Below, piece after piece: positions 48,641 to 62,257 of a DNA stretch of 64,000 nucleotides (its first letter is position 1; each line of letters starts with the position of its first letter). The stretch lies in NCBI GenBank assembly GCA_030704615.1, contig CM060734.1:9734001-9798000 (forward strand), written 5' to 3'. The notes beneath the pieces are model-generated. The model was not told where the DNA came from. It did no database searches and saw only the letters and a list, made by a program, of their open reading frames with translations. The position numbers were made by a program, and so were the translations under genes. This DNA is from Takakia lepidozioides (lineage: Eukaryota; Plantae; Bryophyta).

Positions 48641-50780
48641 GAAGTTAATTGGAAACATGTCAAACCCAACACTCGCGCTTCCAGACTCAATTATAGATAG
48701 ATCGTACTGGCTATTTTCAAGTCAAAAGACTTTACTTTCGTTCCTCTTTGGCTTAACACTGCCCTTTGGTCTGGCCACGATGGCATAACTTGTAGGAAGA
48801 CAGATATCAGGTGATTAAGTGGTCTTCTCGGGAAATGGTCCCTAGCAGGTTTCGTGACAATCGTCCCTTACAGGAGGAATGGTTCTTCATACACTGATTA
48901 CGGTGTGTGTGCCTTATGGCGTTATAGGGGTTTTAATTTTTTTCCCTGGAATAATCCCAAATAATTTGTAAGGGCAAAGTCCCACTACAACCACAATAAA
49001 GTTAATCAGGGCGACTTTCCCCTGTTGTAATAATTTTCTTTAAAAAAAAAGAAAAAAAAAAAGAAGGAATTGAATAGAAGGTAACTTACGTAATTCTTCC
49101 ATTTATACCAGACCAAAAAAATAAGGAATCTCAGCAATATCCACAACACGTCGTCACTATATTGTAATTTTTCATATCCGACACTCAATCTTTTTCTTAA
49201 TATGTATAAATTCATGAATAGTAAATATGTCATGTAGTTCAAAGAAAGCCTACAGAAAAGTAAATTTTGAAGATCTCATAATTTGATATTTTCAGAAATT
49301 GTATAAAATGAATCATACTTTCACGATACAATATTGAAGCAGTTTTAGCATAACATGGAATCAAACAAAGAAGCATATTACGTAATTAGCTTCAAACATG
49401 TTTACATATTTGCTTTGGACTTAATATTCTGGAGGTATCAATGTGGGGTTTGACAAACCAAACAACATTTGTCAAGTATCCTCATAAGTATGATCCCAAT
49501 AGTTGTGCATGGTCATTCAGACGAAAGAGTCCAAAAACCAAGCCAAAGAAATGATCTTTTCTCATTTAGACAAGAAATCTCGATTGCAATTGGTTCCATA
49601 CATTATAATTTTCTCTTGCTTGGCGGATCATAGGTAAGCATATGGACCAAGAGATTTAGACCATGCTTACATGTCATTCACTGTTATATTAACAATTTAG
49701 GATTTTCTGGTCTGATTTCAGCCATTGACATAGTCTTGACATCTTATAATCGACCTTCGCCATCCCACATGATTTCGAGATTATATACAATGTGTCCAGC
49801 TTCCTCGTCACTCCTGTGGGGTCATGATGACTTCATTAGACATGATATTTTGATTTTGCTAATTAATTCTAGTGGTGACTAAAAGTCGGAGACTAATTTT
49901 AGTGTAGAGGTGCCTCGGAGAAGAGGCTCTTATTTACTCTAGCTTCGGCTGGCATTATATATATATATATATATAGGTGCCATAGTGTCATGTCATCATC
50001 AGCCACGTCATCAATGTATAATCTTTTGAAGTTGCCCGAATTGCTGAATTATGAATTATAAAAATTATTCTTGTTAAATATGCTCTAATATTACTTTCTT
50101 TCTTTTCTTTGGTTTCTTGACATTCAATGTAAATGTTACAACACTTCTAAATATTATTATGGTTTGTAATGAGCAAGTTTTGATTTACTAATATATTACA
50201 ATAGTACATGTAAATATGATAATGATAATAGTTAATAAAATGATGAAACTCTTAATATTGGAATTTTGTCTCTTGTCTATATTTTGGACAATTAAAAATG
50301 TAGATATATTAATATATTATAATCTACATCAACAAACTCTATGACACCTAGATGTATGTACATCTATTTAGTCTTTATGTTTAAAATTTAATTCTATTTG
50401 TTAAGATTTGGATTAATAAAATCTTTCTAAGAACCCTCCCTGATAGGGAGCAGTAACCATAAATTATGTGGCTCTTAATTACGTTAGCTCTAGCCAGAGT
50501 CTTCTTTTTCTATAATAAAAACAGTACCATTATTTGATTTGAAATTAATAATATTTTTTAATTTAAAGATTCATATGAAATAAAAAATAATTATCATTTT
50601 TTATTTTAAAATTTAGAATATAAGTGAGATTTCCTTGATTGTATGCGGCGCTAGTTAATGATGAGCATTGTTGTTTGTTTCATCTATCAGCGTCCGAATA
50701 CAGATTCAACGATTTTTACACTTTGATAGCAGAATATGAGAGTCTTATTTGTATTTATTAAAGTACAATGATGTTGATTG

Positions 50781-52809
50781 CTAGTTTGAAGCGTACTTGG
50801 GAACTGACAGAGAATAAGAATTAGCCATTGGCTTGGAATTTGACAATAGGTTTGGGAGAGAATTACCATCACCAGTCAAAATCTGTCTAACATATCTCAT
50901 GGTTGGTCTAGCATTGGGATCAGGACGACAACAAAGAAGCCCAATCTGTAGTACACACGTCATTTGTTCCACATCAAAATTACTTCCGAGCCTAGGATCC
51001 ACGACATCCAATAATGCATTACTTTCGTGGGCATGCCACACACAATCCAATAGGACCATTTCTTCTTCAGGTCTTCCGCAAGCGACCTCCAGTGTCAAGA
51101 TCCCAAAACTGAAAACATCAGATTTTGTTGTTGCCTTACCAGTATGTGCAAATTCAGGGGCCAAGTAGCCTCTCGTTCCTGCAACGTTAGTGGTTTGCGA
51201 GGTTTTGTTGTGATCAATGAGCCTTGCAAGACCAAAGTCTCCAAGGTGTGCAGTGAAATCAGCATCCAAGAGCATGTTGGGCTTTACATCCTTGTGGACA
51301 ACGCACTGTTGCCATTCTTCATGTAGGTATGCTAGGGCTGCAGTTATTCCACTTAGAACATTGTACCGTATGTCCCATGCGAGCATCGTGCTATTGCCCT
51401 TAAGCAACAGTTGATCAAGGCTCCCATTTGGCATGTAGTCATAGACAAGAAGGAGTTTCCCTTTTCCATGGCACCATCCTTCCAACTGAACTAGATTACG
51501 ATGACGAATTTTGCTAATGATGGAAACTTCTGCAAGGAACTCACGTTCTCCTTGCTGAGAATCTCGTGCCATCTGCTTTACTGCAACAAGAGAAATTTTA
51601 CCTGCGTCACGCAAAATTCCTTTGTATACACTTCCGAACCCACCCCGCCCCAACATTTGATTTGGACTAAAAGAATCAGTTGCATTGCTGAGTTGCCTAT
51701 ATGTGAACCTGCGCGGACCATCCAAGACCTGTTCCAGATCATATATTGGTTCTTGAAAACTTTCATTGTGTTTTTTTCTATACGCACCCCATGCAAGACG
51801 AGAGCTTATAAGTCCGATGACAACTAGAATAGCGCCACAAACACTTATAATGACAATAAATAGCTGACGAATCCAGGGATGATTCTCGCAACTGCCTCCA
51901 CCTTTGCATAGGTCTACTGGTGACCCTCTTGTTGGCCCCGTCGTTGCATTGGGATTAGAGTCGATGGCAGGCAAACCACTGCTTGTGAAGTACCATGAGT
52001 AGATGGTGTGCGACTCTTGGCAATGCCCAGTGCTTCCCGAGAATCCTACATACATCCGATCCAAAAATTTGTCGTACAAGCCCAAATCGGTGATATGCAG
52101 TAAGGATGGAAGATCTCCCGAGTTTGACGCAGCCCTGCTCAGTCTGACATCAAGTGTATCAGATGAACCATTCTAGTCGATCCATGCGGTGAAGTTTCCG
52201 GTGGAGACTAGAAATGAACAATTTGGAAAAGGCAATGAACACAAATCATAATATTTAACCGATGTCAAATTATTGATGTCAACACCTATATGACTGTCGC
52301 TTGGGTCATTATATATGAAGTTTCGGTGTGTGTCGAATTCTACTGCAAATATGATTGCTAAGGTTACCAGTGGTTCTTGTACTGACAAGCCCTAGATTCC
52401 CACCACCTGAGTATGGCATTATTGGTTGATCATCAGGCCCAATCATGAATGTAAACCCATCACCGAAACATAACCCGTTTTGATGTATGGAAAATAAGAA
52501 AGAGGTGGAAAAAGAGGCTATACTGCGGGTGTAAGGATCTCGAAACTGCACTGCTTCATAGTACAAAGCCCTACCAAAGCTCGATACGTTTGTATCAAAT
52601 TTTGAAGTTTGCGAATTTAGGACGAGAACAGAACCGTTGATGACTAGAGCTTCACTAGATACATATGTAATAAATGCACTTTTGTTGGTAAAATTGTCAA
52701 AACTAAACCCGGCGTCTTGATTCTGACCAACAACAAAGGTGGAAGGTACAATGCCAAAAATAATAAGAGAAATGTATGTTGCGAGCAACCTAACATCACC
52801 ATCGAGCAT
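50781..52809 (-). pseudogene. L-type (legume) lectin receptor-like kinase, disrupted
   Basis: Signal peptide; lectin motifs (SFSTSF, GDGFTF, FAVEFDT, HIGVDIN, YVGFSGSTG); TM helix; GPRRFTY; kinase motifs (GRGGFGSVY, VAVK, DFGLAR, GTRGYLAPE). Frameshift at ~52350, in-frame stop at 52173, catalytic loop HKDVKP-N altered. Confidence 0.93.
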
Positions 52810-53095
52810 TATAATGTGCTTATAATTATGTTATATACACATGTATGGAAGAAGATGGACGAATCTATTGCAGGGTCCACTCTAGAAATGGTCATTCAAA
52901 TAATAGAGAGAGAGGGAGATCTTTGTTCTACCACATCAACCCACAAATGCATACAATGAAATAGTTGGGCCCATGAAACTTCAGCAATTATAAGAAATAA
53001 AAGACGCCAGACATGAAAAACTAGAGTTGACAGATTGTAGGATATTTAGAAAAACTACATGAATCACTTCAGGTCTAGATCACTCAAACCTCCTA

Positions 53096-56000
53096 TGGAA
53101 TTTCCTGGGCTAGGAGTAGATTGTCGAGTATGTATCTACCTTTGATGAAGCCCGTCTGACTTGGGCGTATGATGGCTGGGAGGTGGGGCTGCAGTCGGAT
53201 TGCCAGGGCTTTGGCTATCTTTGTAAGCCATGTTGAGTAGGGTAATCGGCCTGTAATTGGCAATGCTGGTTCTATCACCCTTTTTAAAGAGTAGGATGAT
53301 TACTCCCTGCGACAGCTGGGTTGGCATGCTTTGAGACTGAAAGATGTGGTTGGCCATTTCTACAAAATCCTGGGATATCGTTGCCCACATGGATTTGTAG
53401 AACTCTACCAGGACTCCGTCTAAACCTGGTGATTTGCCATTCTGAAGATCAAGTAGGGCATTCTGCAGTTCCATGTCCGTGAAACGTCCCTCCAGTGAGG
53501 CCGCTGCAGTAGGGTTCAACAGTGGTGGGGTACGATGAAGGCACTGGGCTTGTGTTTGGGAGAGTGGTGAAAGGCATGATTCACTATGGAACAGTCTCTC
53601 AAAGTGGGTGGCTGCCATTGCAGCCAGTTCTTTTGGAGTGGTTGCCGAGACTCCCGAAGCAGGGTCCTTGAACTCTGCAATCGAATGAGCCACCCTCTTC
53701 TGCCTAGCCTTATCAAAAAAATATTTGGTCATTTTCTTGCCTTTGGTGGACCAGTTTATTCCAGCCTGAAGCCTAAGTTTCTCCTCCTTGAGTGTTTGGA
53801 ATAACTCCAAATTCACCTTAGCTTCCTGGTACGTCCTGAATATGGCCTCATCACACCTAGGGGACTCCATCCTCACTTGGCAGACTCTGAGGCATTTAGT
53901 AAGGGCCTGAAATTTCCTTTTTCTGGCCTCAGAGATTTCTTTGCTCAGGGTTTTACTGATGGCGGTGGTTGCCCTAAGTTTGGCCAAGAAGCGGTCTGAT
54001 GGATTGTTGATTGTGTTCCCAGTTTGAGTCCATGCCAGGGAGAGTCTTTGTTTAAAGGCCGGGATGGCTAACAGCGATGCGTTCATCCTGTAAATGCCTC
54101 TGCCTCTTGCCTGGGAGTTCGGGATTGTAATCATGGCTGACACGTGAGCATGATCAAACCCCACTGGGATAGGTTCTTGCGTTTGCCTGGCTGTCCACTG
54201 AACTACATTTATTGAGGCATATATCCTATCTAGTCTAGCCATTTGGAGGTGGTCCAGGTCTCTTGCATTTGTCCATGTAAAGAATGGCTGTGGAGTGCTT
54301 TTGGTCTATTGGTGTATCCAGTCAGCCCTATGGTTTTGGGACAGTTGCTGCCATCTATCCACGTCCTCCATTATGGTTCCTGATCCATGAGCTGCGGGGT
54401 TTCTTCTATCGGAGGGTTGCTCCACCATATTGAAGTCCCCAGCTACTATCCATTGGCTTATTCCTTGCTAACCTGCATTTTGGTGTCAAGCGTATCCCAA
54501 AAGGTCTCTCTTTCTAAAGGGCAGCTGGGGGTGTAAATGTTTACTAAACTGAGTGATCCAAGGTTGCTTGGCAGGGTAAGGGCGCAGAACTGCATTCTTC
54601 CGGGGGCCCAGGATTCTTCGGAGAGAATGAGTGCGTGGGTGGAGGGGGAGAAGAGCATAGCAGTGCCACCTCTGGTCCCCTCCGAGGTAGGTTTCCATAG
54701 GGCTAGTGCAAGACCTGGTTGATGGAGGAACTGATGTGGCCACTGTGGATTTGCGACTCATCTATGTGAGGTGGGGGGAGGTGTATGGCAGGGATGGACT
54801 GTCTAGAGGATGATCTATGACCAGCAGCCTCTTTCCTGCAGAGTAGCCAACATCTTTTGGAATCATGCAAAACTGGTTGGTAAATAAAACAGGGGAGGGT
54901 GAGAGCTGGAACCTGAGTTTGCTGGGGATCCTGCGTCTGTGTTGCCGGCGGGGGTGAGTCTTTCTCCTTAGTAGTGGATTTGGACTCCCGAGCGAGTGGG
55001 GCTGGCGAGGTGGCCATGCCTGCGCCCCTGATACCGAATCCACCGATGAGGCTGAGGCTGTAGGGAGTGCGGCCCTTCCCAAAAACTCTCTGGTCCTCCG
55101 CAGCTCCATTCTATGATTTTCCTCCTCCTTATCCATGTCCAGCCTCATAGGGAGCAGGGTGAAGGTGCTTCGCAAAGCATCACGTGTTCTGATCTTGAAT
55201 CCCCCTTGACCCCATACCCTGATCAGTGCAGTTTCATTAATCCAGAGAGCTCCGGGAGGGGCAGGGGTATGATACACCTCTGCCTCTTCCAGGAGGGCGA
55301 GGATGTGAGTGGAAGGCTTAGTTGTGAGGCCAGGGTGGATTTCCTTGTAAGAACCCTAGGTGATCGTGGAGTATATAGTGACTGAGATGCGTCCTGAAGA
55401 ATTCCTTGATTTTTGTTGTGATCATCGGGTGTGGGTCACTGTTTGGCGGGCATGTGGCAATGAATGCTTTAACATCAGGCGTGGTGATCCACAGAGACTC
55501 CAGACATTCAATGTTACCCGAGGAGATGAGTATGGATGGTGGCTCACCTCTTCTAAAAATCAGTGGGGTTACACAAGAAGCCCTTGGGATATCATCGGAG
55601 TCCAACTGTGAGCACCCTCCCAAAATTAGTTTGGGGTAGGTATTTAGCCTTGTGAGGCACAATCTGGCCAGGATGGGGTTACTGGCGATGCCTGTCAACA
55701 TTTCTTTGTGGATACCCCGGGGGTCGAGTTCTGGTTTAAGGCCTGCTCCCCGAGGGTTTGACTGTTTAGCTTGTCCCTGCTCAATGCACTTCTGTTTACC
55801 CTTGCGGTCTGCCTCATTCAGTTGTGCCTTCCCTGCTTCGAGATGCATTGGATCTGATGATTGGCCTTGCTTCTTAGTCCATCTCGGTGTTGGGCTGATT
55901 TGGAGGAGGTCTGTGTTGTGAATCTCCCTGCCTGATGTGATTTGAGCCTTAGCCAGTGGCTGGGGATCCTTCCTTCTCCATTGTGAGTTGGTCGGCGACG

Positions 56001-57240
56001 GTGTCCCATATTTCCCCCCCATCCCTGGGGATCTTTTCCTCTTTCCTGTTGGGCAGTCTGCCTTTATGTGGCTTGTTTTGCCACAGTTAAAGCAGGCAGT
56101 TGAGGGTGAGTCTTCCAGCAGACGGATTGTGAAATAATTGCCCTTTTCATAGATGGGAAGCCTGACAAAGTCAGGGAGGATGTCCTCCTCTGGCATCAGG
56201 AGCACCATTTTTGCAAATCCATTGTCATTTAACCTTGATGCTATTGTGGCATGTTTCCATGCCGGGTGTTTCTTTATGCTATCAGTGCACATTAAAAGGA
56301 TCAAACACCCCCAAACATCCCAGGTATGATCCGAAGTGGTTGGCGATATCGAGAATGTTGAGCAGGTACTGGTCCGGGATAAATGGCAGGGATACAATTC
56401 TGGGTCCCCACAATTTTCCATTCTGGTGGCCCATCTTTGCCGACGATGGAAAAATATTAACATTAAACCCCAGGAGATGTGGATTAATCTGGAGGGCTTT
56501 GGTGGCAGCCTCCTGCGTTTCAAATTGAAAGGAGAAGAATCCCCTACCTTTAGCATGACAGAAATGATGCTGGAGATCCCCTCCCCCCCCCAAATGTCTG
56601 ATTGCCCAGTCTCTAACAAAGGATCTTCCTACCTTCTAACCCGGGAAGTGGACCAGGATGCCATTGTCTTCCATGTTGGCCACCCTGTTGGTGAGATCTG
56701 GGATGTCCATCGGAATCAACTGGTGGTCCCTACCAAGCGCCTCCTGCGAGGTAATGAGCTCGTCCGTTACTGGGTCCTCTTCGACATGGTTTTTGGCTCA
56801 ATTGCTTCACTGTGATGTCTTGCAGGTGGGAGCAAGAGCATGGGCGTCATTGCGTTTCCAGTTGACTGCGCTGGTGGTGGGCCTCGCTGGGCAGCTGTGC
56901 GGGCGGGCGGAAGGGGAGCTGCGACTGGAGCGTTTGACTGTAGCATTCTCTCACCGACAGAGGATCGGGCTTGATGCGCAAGGTTCCAGAGGTTGGGTGA
57001 AAAGTTGTCGCGAAGTGAAAGCGTGTGGGCCCCCTGTGTGACCCTCTTCCCCGGGCCCGACTCTTTCCTCTGAATTGAGCCTGGCTTGGAGGATCCACGG
57101 AGGTGGAAGTACTGGGGTCTATTAACCTTGAGGTCTTACAAATGAGGACTCAGAAGGGTAGACGATCGCAAGCTGGATGGTACTGGGTAGCTGTGAGAAG
57201 AGAGTGAGAGTGAGAGTGAGGTTGATGGGTTAGAGAGCGC
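53096..57240 (-). mobile_element. 5' half of an L1-type LINE: CT-rich leader, ORF1 with Zn knuckle, APE endonuclease, N-terminal RT
   Basis: CFNCGKTSHIKADC; LVNIYTP, WIVAGDFNMV, ARLDRIY, DH; KSPGLDG, NYRPITLLN, QTGFIKGRYILDNLLLAQEI (ends abruptly). Confidence 0.93.
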
Positions 57241-60200
57241 GGGAGCTAGCTAATTTGGAATCGTTAGTTAATTAGTTTCTCCCTGTGCAGCTTCTTCATG
57301 GAGCCGACTTGAGAGTAGAGGCAGCTGCTTGACGTGAAGGGTCGTAAATAATGGCGGCCGCTAGATTTACATTGCCGACCATACCATTGAATGATTGCTG
57401 GTTGAAGAAGTCGGATGAAGAAAGATGAACTAAACAGCTAAGGCAGTCGGCAGTAAGGAGGAACACACTAGATCTTGGAGTGCAGATGTATTTGGGGTGT
57501 ATTGGGAATCGAACTGAGGTAAGGGTCGCCTCCACGCCCTCCTTGGTGGAGCCTAGCGACGATGGAGCCGATTTAAAAACGGGAAAATGGTGGTGAGGTA
57601 AAAGGAATCAGGAGAAATAACGCAACCTATGGATAGAAAGCTAAGGATGAGTAGAACTTGAAAATGACGAGATACGGCTCAACGGGATGGGTCCTCTAAG
57701 GAGAAAGGGAGAGATCTGAAGGAAAGAGACGAAGCGACCGTTGGGCGCCGCTCCGCCATCGCCCTCCCCTCCCAGGTATCTTAATTAGATTTTCTAGAAT
57801 TGTTTTATTAGAAATTTTAGTATTTAATTCTGAAAAATAATGATGATATCCCAAAGCCTCTAAATGAGGATGATGTATATTAGAGAAAATAGGCCCAGTC
57901 TGGCCCAATGTTTAGTATAAATTAGTCCATACCTCTCATTCCTTGATGTTTGTAGTCTATATAAAAGTGCATTTCGGTAGCTTTCAAAAATGGCACCCCT
58001 AATGTGTTTTTTTTTTTGCTATTACTTAGGTGTATATGATGTTTTTTTAGTCCATATGGTTTTTCATGTGTAACATTGCAGTTCATAAGATTCAACTTTA
58101 AGAGTCCATAGCTCTTCCATAGATGATCATTTTTACAATAAAAATGCTGGAGTATGTCTCTACTGTAGTTACAAATCTTAGACCGCATAAACTTGTATGA
58201 AATATTGAGTTGTGATTTTACCATAAAAGATACCATGAATGGAGGTCACTGCAGAAATTGCCATGTTACGCAATTTTTTGTCCACCGTAGCCTGTAACTA
58301 CCCAGGTGGCGAACCTGACTTGGGATGTGGAGAGGTTTATCTCCACGTGATGTGCAAGAAAGCTCGTCTTCTTCTGATCGAGATTTCCAAGGTCTTTCTC
58401 GCCGCCATAGCTCTAGTGCTTGAGATGGAGTGTGGGTGAGGTTTGTATGGTGGAGTCCTTTAGCAAAGGTGCCGTTGGCTTGACTTATATAAAGTGATAG
58501 AGTGGATTCATCTTTTTTCACCATTTCCGTATCATTGTGGCATAGCTTTTTATGGCTATATGCTAGGAAGTGTGGTTGGACAACGATGCGTGTTGTGGCA
58601 CAATGTTTAGGTGCACGACAGTTTTTTAGACTCCTTAGTGTAGGAAGAAATGAACCGATGGTTGTGGCTCATGTAAACCACCTCACCCTGCAGATGCCAC
58701 AGTCGTTTTGATACCTCGAGCCAAAAAGATACCTGGGTAAATTTATGTCCCACAACTTTCTCTTGGGAAATCAAAGTATGCAGCGGTAAGTACTTCTCAG
58801 GTTTGTTGGGGACACACAGTCCCACCCTCTTTTGATCAAACATTGAAGCAGGAAAAAATTACATCATCCCTGGACGAAAACCGAAAGTTGTCATGAGCTA
58901 GGCCCGTAATGGCCTCTTCCCAAGTGAAGTCACCAGAATGCAGCGTCTCGTCCCACTCTGGACGAACGTTCGTTAATGCAGCTGTCGAGCCACATTTGAC
59001 AAATTCCCAAAGGTAAAATGGACTGAGAACAGTAGGAAAGCGGAAGCTCTTAAGCCTCCCGGGTCGGTCTTTCGTCACTACAAAGGTGGGTACTCCCAAT
59101 TTTGCCCAAGAAAGCAATCCACCCGCTTCTAGGCGTTTCCGAGCAGCAGTTAACGGAACTCGCTTGGCGATTTCTTTGGCATGAAAGACCTGCCCACATA
59201 TGTTCTCTGCTTGAAAACTTCTATTTTTTCATACCATCGTCTTGCTTCAGCTTCAGTTTTCACAGCTTTGCAGGACTCATCAATTGCCGTATGCTCAAAC
59301 CTCTCAATCCAATAGTTAGAATGAACATCAAGGGGTATTTCGGCCCGAGGTTTTCTCACAGGCAGCTCCCCACCATCAACATCAGCTCCGGGGGTGTCTG
59401 ATCACGCACCACCTCCAAGAAGACGGATTCGAAGGTAGCAATAGTTTCGTTCTTAGCAGTAGCGTCGTTGGAGCTAGAAGCCATTGACGCTCAAGGGTAG
59501 AAGAAAGTTAGATTCTCCAGGTACTAGCAATGTGCAACAATCAGGAGAAGAACAAACATGTACTAACGCTGCCATCACTACAACAAACTCCGACTTTTAC
59601 GACTGCCACTTTTGGCCAGTCGTGGCATATCTATCTGCAAAATGCCAATTGCAGTCGTCAATGCCAATGAAGCTAGCCCAAAGTAATATACGTGACTACG
59701 TGATTCTTCGACTTGCGGATCTGCGGTCAAATACAGTTGACTGGATGCATTGAGATGGTTGATACGACTACGAATCATGTCCAACACTATACTAAGATGA
59801 CGTGGGCATTCCAATGTATGACTGCATGACTGTACGACTACACGTGTTGAGTGTGAGATGGTACATATGACTAATAGTCATATACATGTCTATGACTGGA
59901 TGACATGTCATAGCCATATATTACTACATGACTGTGACTATGATGTCATGTTGTACTGTATATATGACTATGATTAGACATGTCAAATTTGGTTTTGTGG
60001 ATGTAATTGAGATCACCTGTCAATTGCATATCTTTTCAGTGACACATTGTGTCAAAAAGTCAATGACAAAAATATTTTGAAGTACATATATTTCATACGT
60101 CTTGATTTACAAATTTTAAGATCATACTTTGTGATATGATTACAAACTGTGGATAGTTTTGTTTAAGAAAACATGTTTGTTACGGAATATGTATGAACTT

Positions 60201-60416
60201 AATACACACGTGAGATCTGATGATATTTTCGCCCGATTCAGGCAACGCCAGCTTATATATTTTAGAATGCAAAGTGGTTGCTATGCAGTGATGAAGTAGT
60301 CTCTTGGTAAGTGATGGCAGCAGTAACCACATGGTGTAGTGTTTGATTCTTGATAGATGACTGTGTCACCCTAGAGTGTGCGAGCTATGTCACCCCGTTG
60401 TTTGGTGTAACTTCTC

Positions 60417-60869
60417 GTAATATATATTATACTTAGTCAACTCTCATGACACCAGGTGAAAATTACACCAATTGGAGTGACACTCCCTTCAGTGTCACTC
60501 TGGATGATGTCACCCAGTCTGTGTCACTCTCGAGAGGGGGTGGGGAATATTTGATATGTGTGAGACCTGCGTACTGTGCAGTCAGAGATTGCACTTGTGC
60601 ATTAAGTTCATTGTTAATGTTTCTTACTAGTATCTAAATGGTAATATATATTATACTTAGTCAACTCTCATGACACCAGGTGAAAATTACACCAATTGGA
60701 GTGACACTCCCTTCAGTGTCACTCTGGATGATGTCACCCAGTCTGTGTCACTCTCGAGAGGGGGTGGGGAATATTTGATATGTGTGAGACCTGCGTACTG
60801 TGCAGTCAGAGATTGCACTTGTGCATTAAGTTCATTGTTAATGTTTCTTACTAGTATCTAAATGGTAAT
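60417..60869. repeat. Exact 224-bp tandem duplication
   Basis: Identical ORFs at 60446 and 60670. GTAAT microhomology at 60417, 60641 and 60865. Confidence 0.97.
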
Positions 60870-62257
60870 CCTACATCAAATAAGACTAAATTACAGGATA
60901 AGGTAGTGACATGATAGGACATGGACATGAAAATGCAAATATCATGTAACACATCCAAAGGTGCCAGTAGAGGGGGCCGTCGCAATATGAATTATATTTT
61001 ATTTGAGATTACAAACTGGATGTTCCAATTTACATCATTATAGAATTTCAAGTGCAAACAATTTTGTTCGGATTCTCTAAGTCATTCGGTTAAAAAGATG
61101 TTGAAAAGATTCTATTTCTAAAACTTGATCACCTTATAAAAGACTCAAAATAGTATAGTACTAATGTTGCAGGCTGAAGAAAGGCATAAGCTATTCAACA
61201 GAAAAAAAATAGAACAAGGCAAGTTTTGGTTTTGGATGTCTATAGTCCAAGTTGTGAGCAACGCTCACAAAAAAGTCTAGCTCTAAGCTCTAAACTACAG
61301 TTGCAATGTAAATCCTCTTTGGTTTCACAAATAATAATAACAATAATACATAATCAAGTACCCTTTGAGAAGATTTGATGATTTAGATATCAGAAATAAA
61401 ATACCATGAAAAATCATAATTTATTTTAAATGTTTTCTCTGTAACTCTAATATTTAGAGTTATATAGAATAAATTAGACATTAAGATACAAACATTTAGT
61501 AAACAAATATTTATCCTCAAAAAATTATTTTGTAAAAGGTTAAAAAAAATTCAAGCTTCATACTACACACCAAAAATCATTAAATTTGGTATTGATTTTG
61601 GACAAGCCCCGTTCCAACATTTACTAGAAGATAGTTTTTTTTTCTCTTTCAATTTCTGGTAAGAGGCGACGGCACACCATGTTAACTTAGTTGTGTGGTT
61701 TTGATGAGTAGGATACAGTTGTCTGCAAGTGCCAACGGGCGAAGGCAAGGGCATTGGAACCATCGCAATCTATACCCAAACATGCAAACAAAATAAAACG
61801 GTGTGCATGCACAAGACCGACTCGTCATTCCAGTGTGATGTTAGTAGCATTTTAGGTAGTCTCCCTTTGTAGTTAGAGCCGCATTCTCATCAGCTAGCTA
61901 GATATAGGCCATAGGCAATGTGTATGTGGGCTGATGACACTTGGCCATATATGACAGGATTGGTAAAATCCAAATATAGCTAAATACGCAGCGTAACCGG
62001 AAGGGTTTCGAGGGTTGTGGGCATACCCCTAAACAGATCCCTTGTTCTCTTGTTTGGACTGATCTCTATATATAATGTTGGAGTCATCGTATTTTGATCT
62101 ATTTCTAGATATTCGTCGTGTTTGGCAGAGGCTTGTAAGAATATATCTCTCCATCTCTAATTTCTTTAGGGATGATTTCTTGCAACTTTTTTTTAGATGT
62201 TCTTTGTTTCTCTTCATTACACATGTTCTCAGTTATGTTTTGCAAACGAAGTCGTTA

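Noticed and set aside
50781-52085. Intact 434-aa kinase gene
   Set aside because: It is the 3' part of the disrupted LecRK, with a non-ATG start and an altered catalytic loop.
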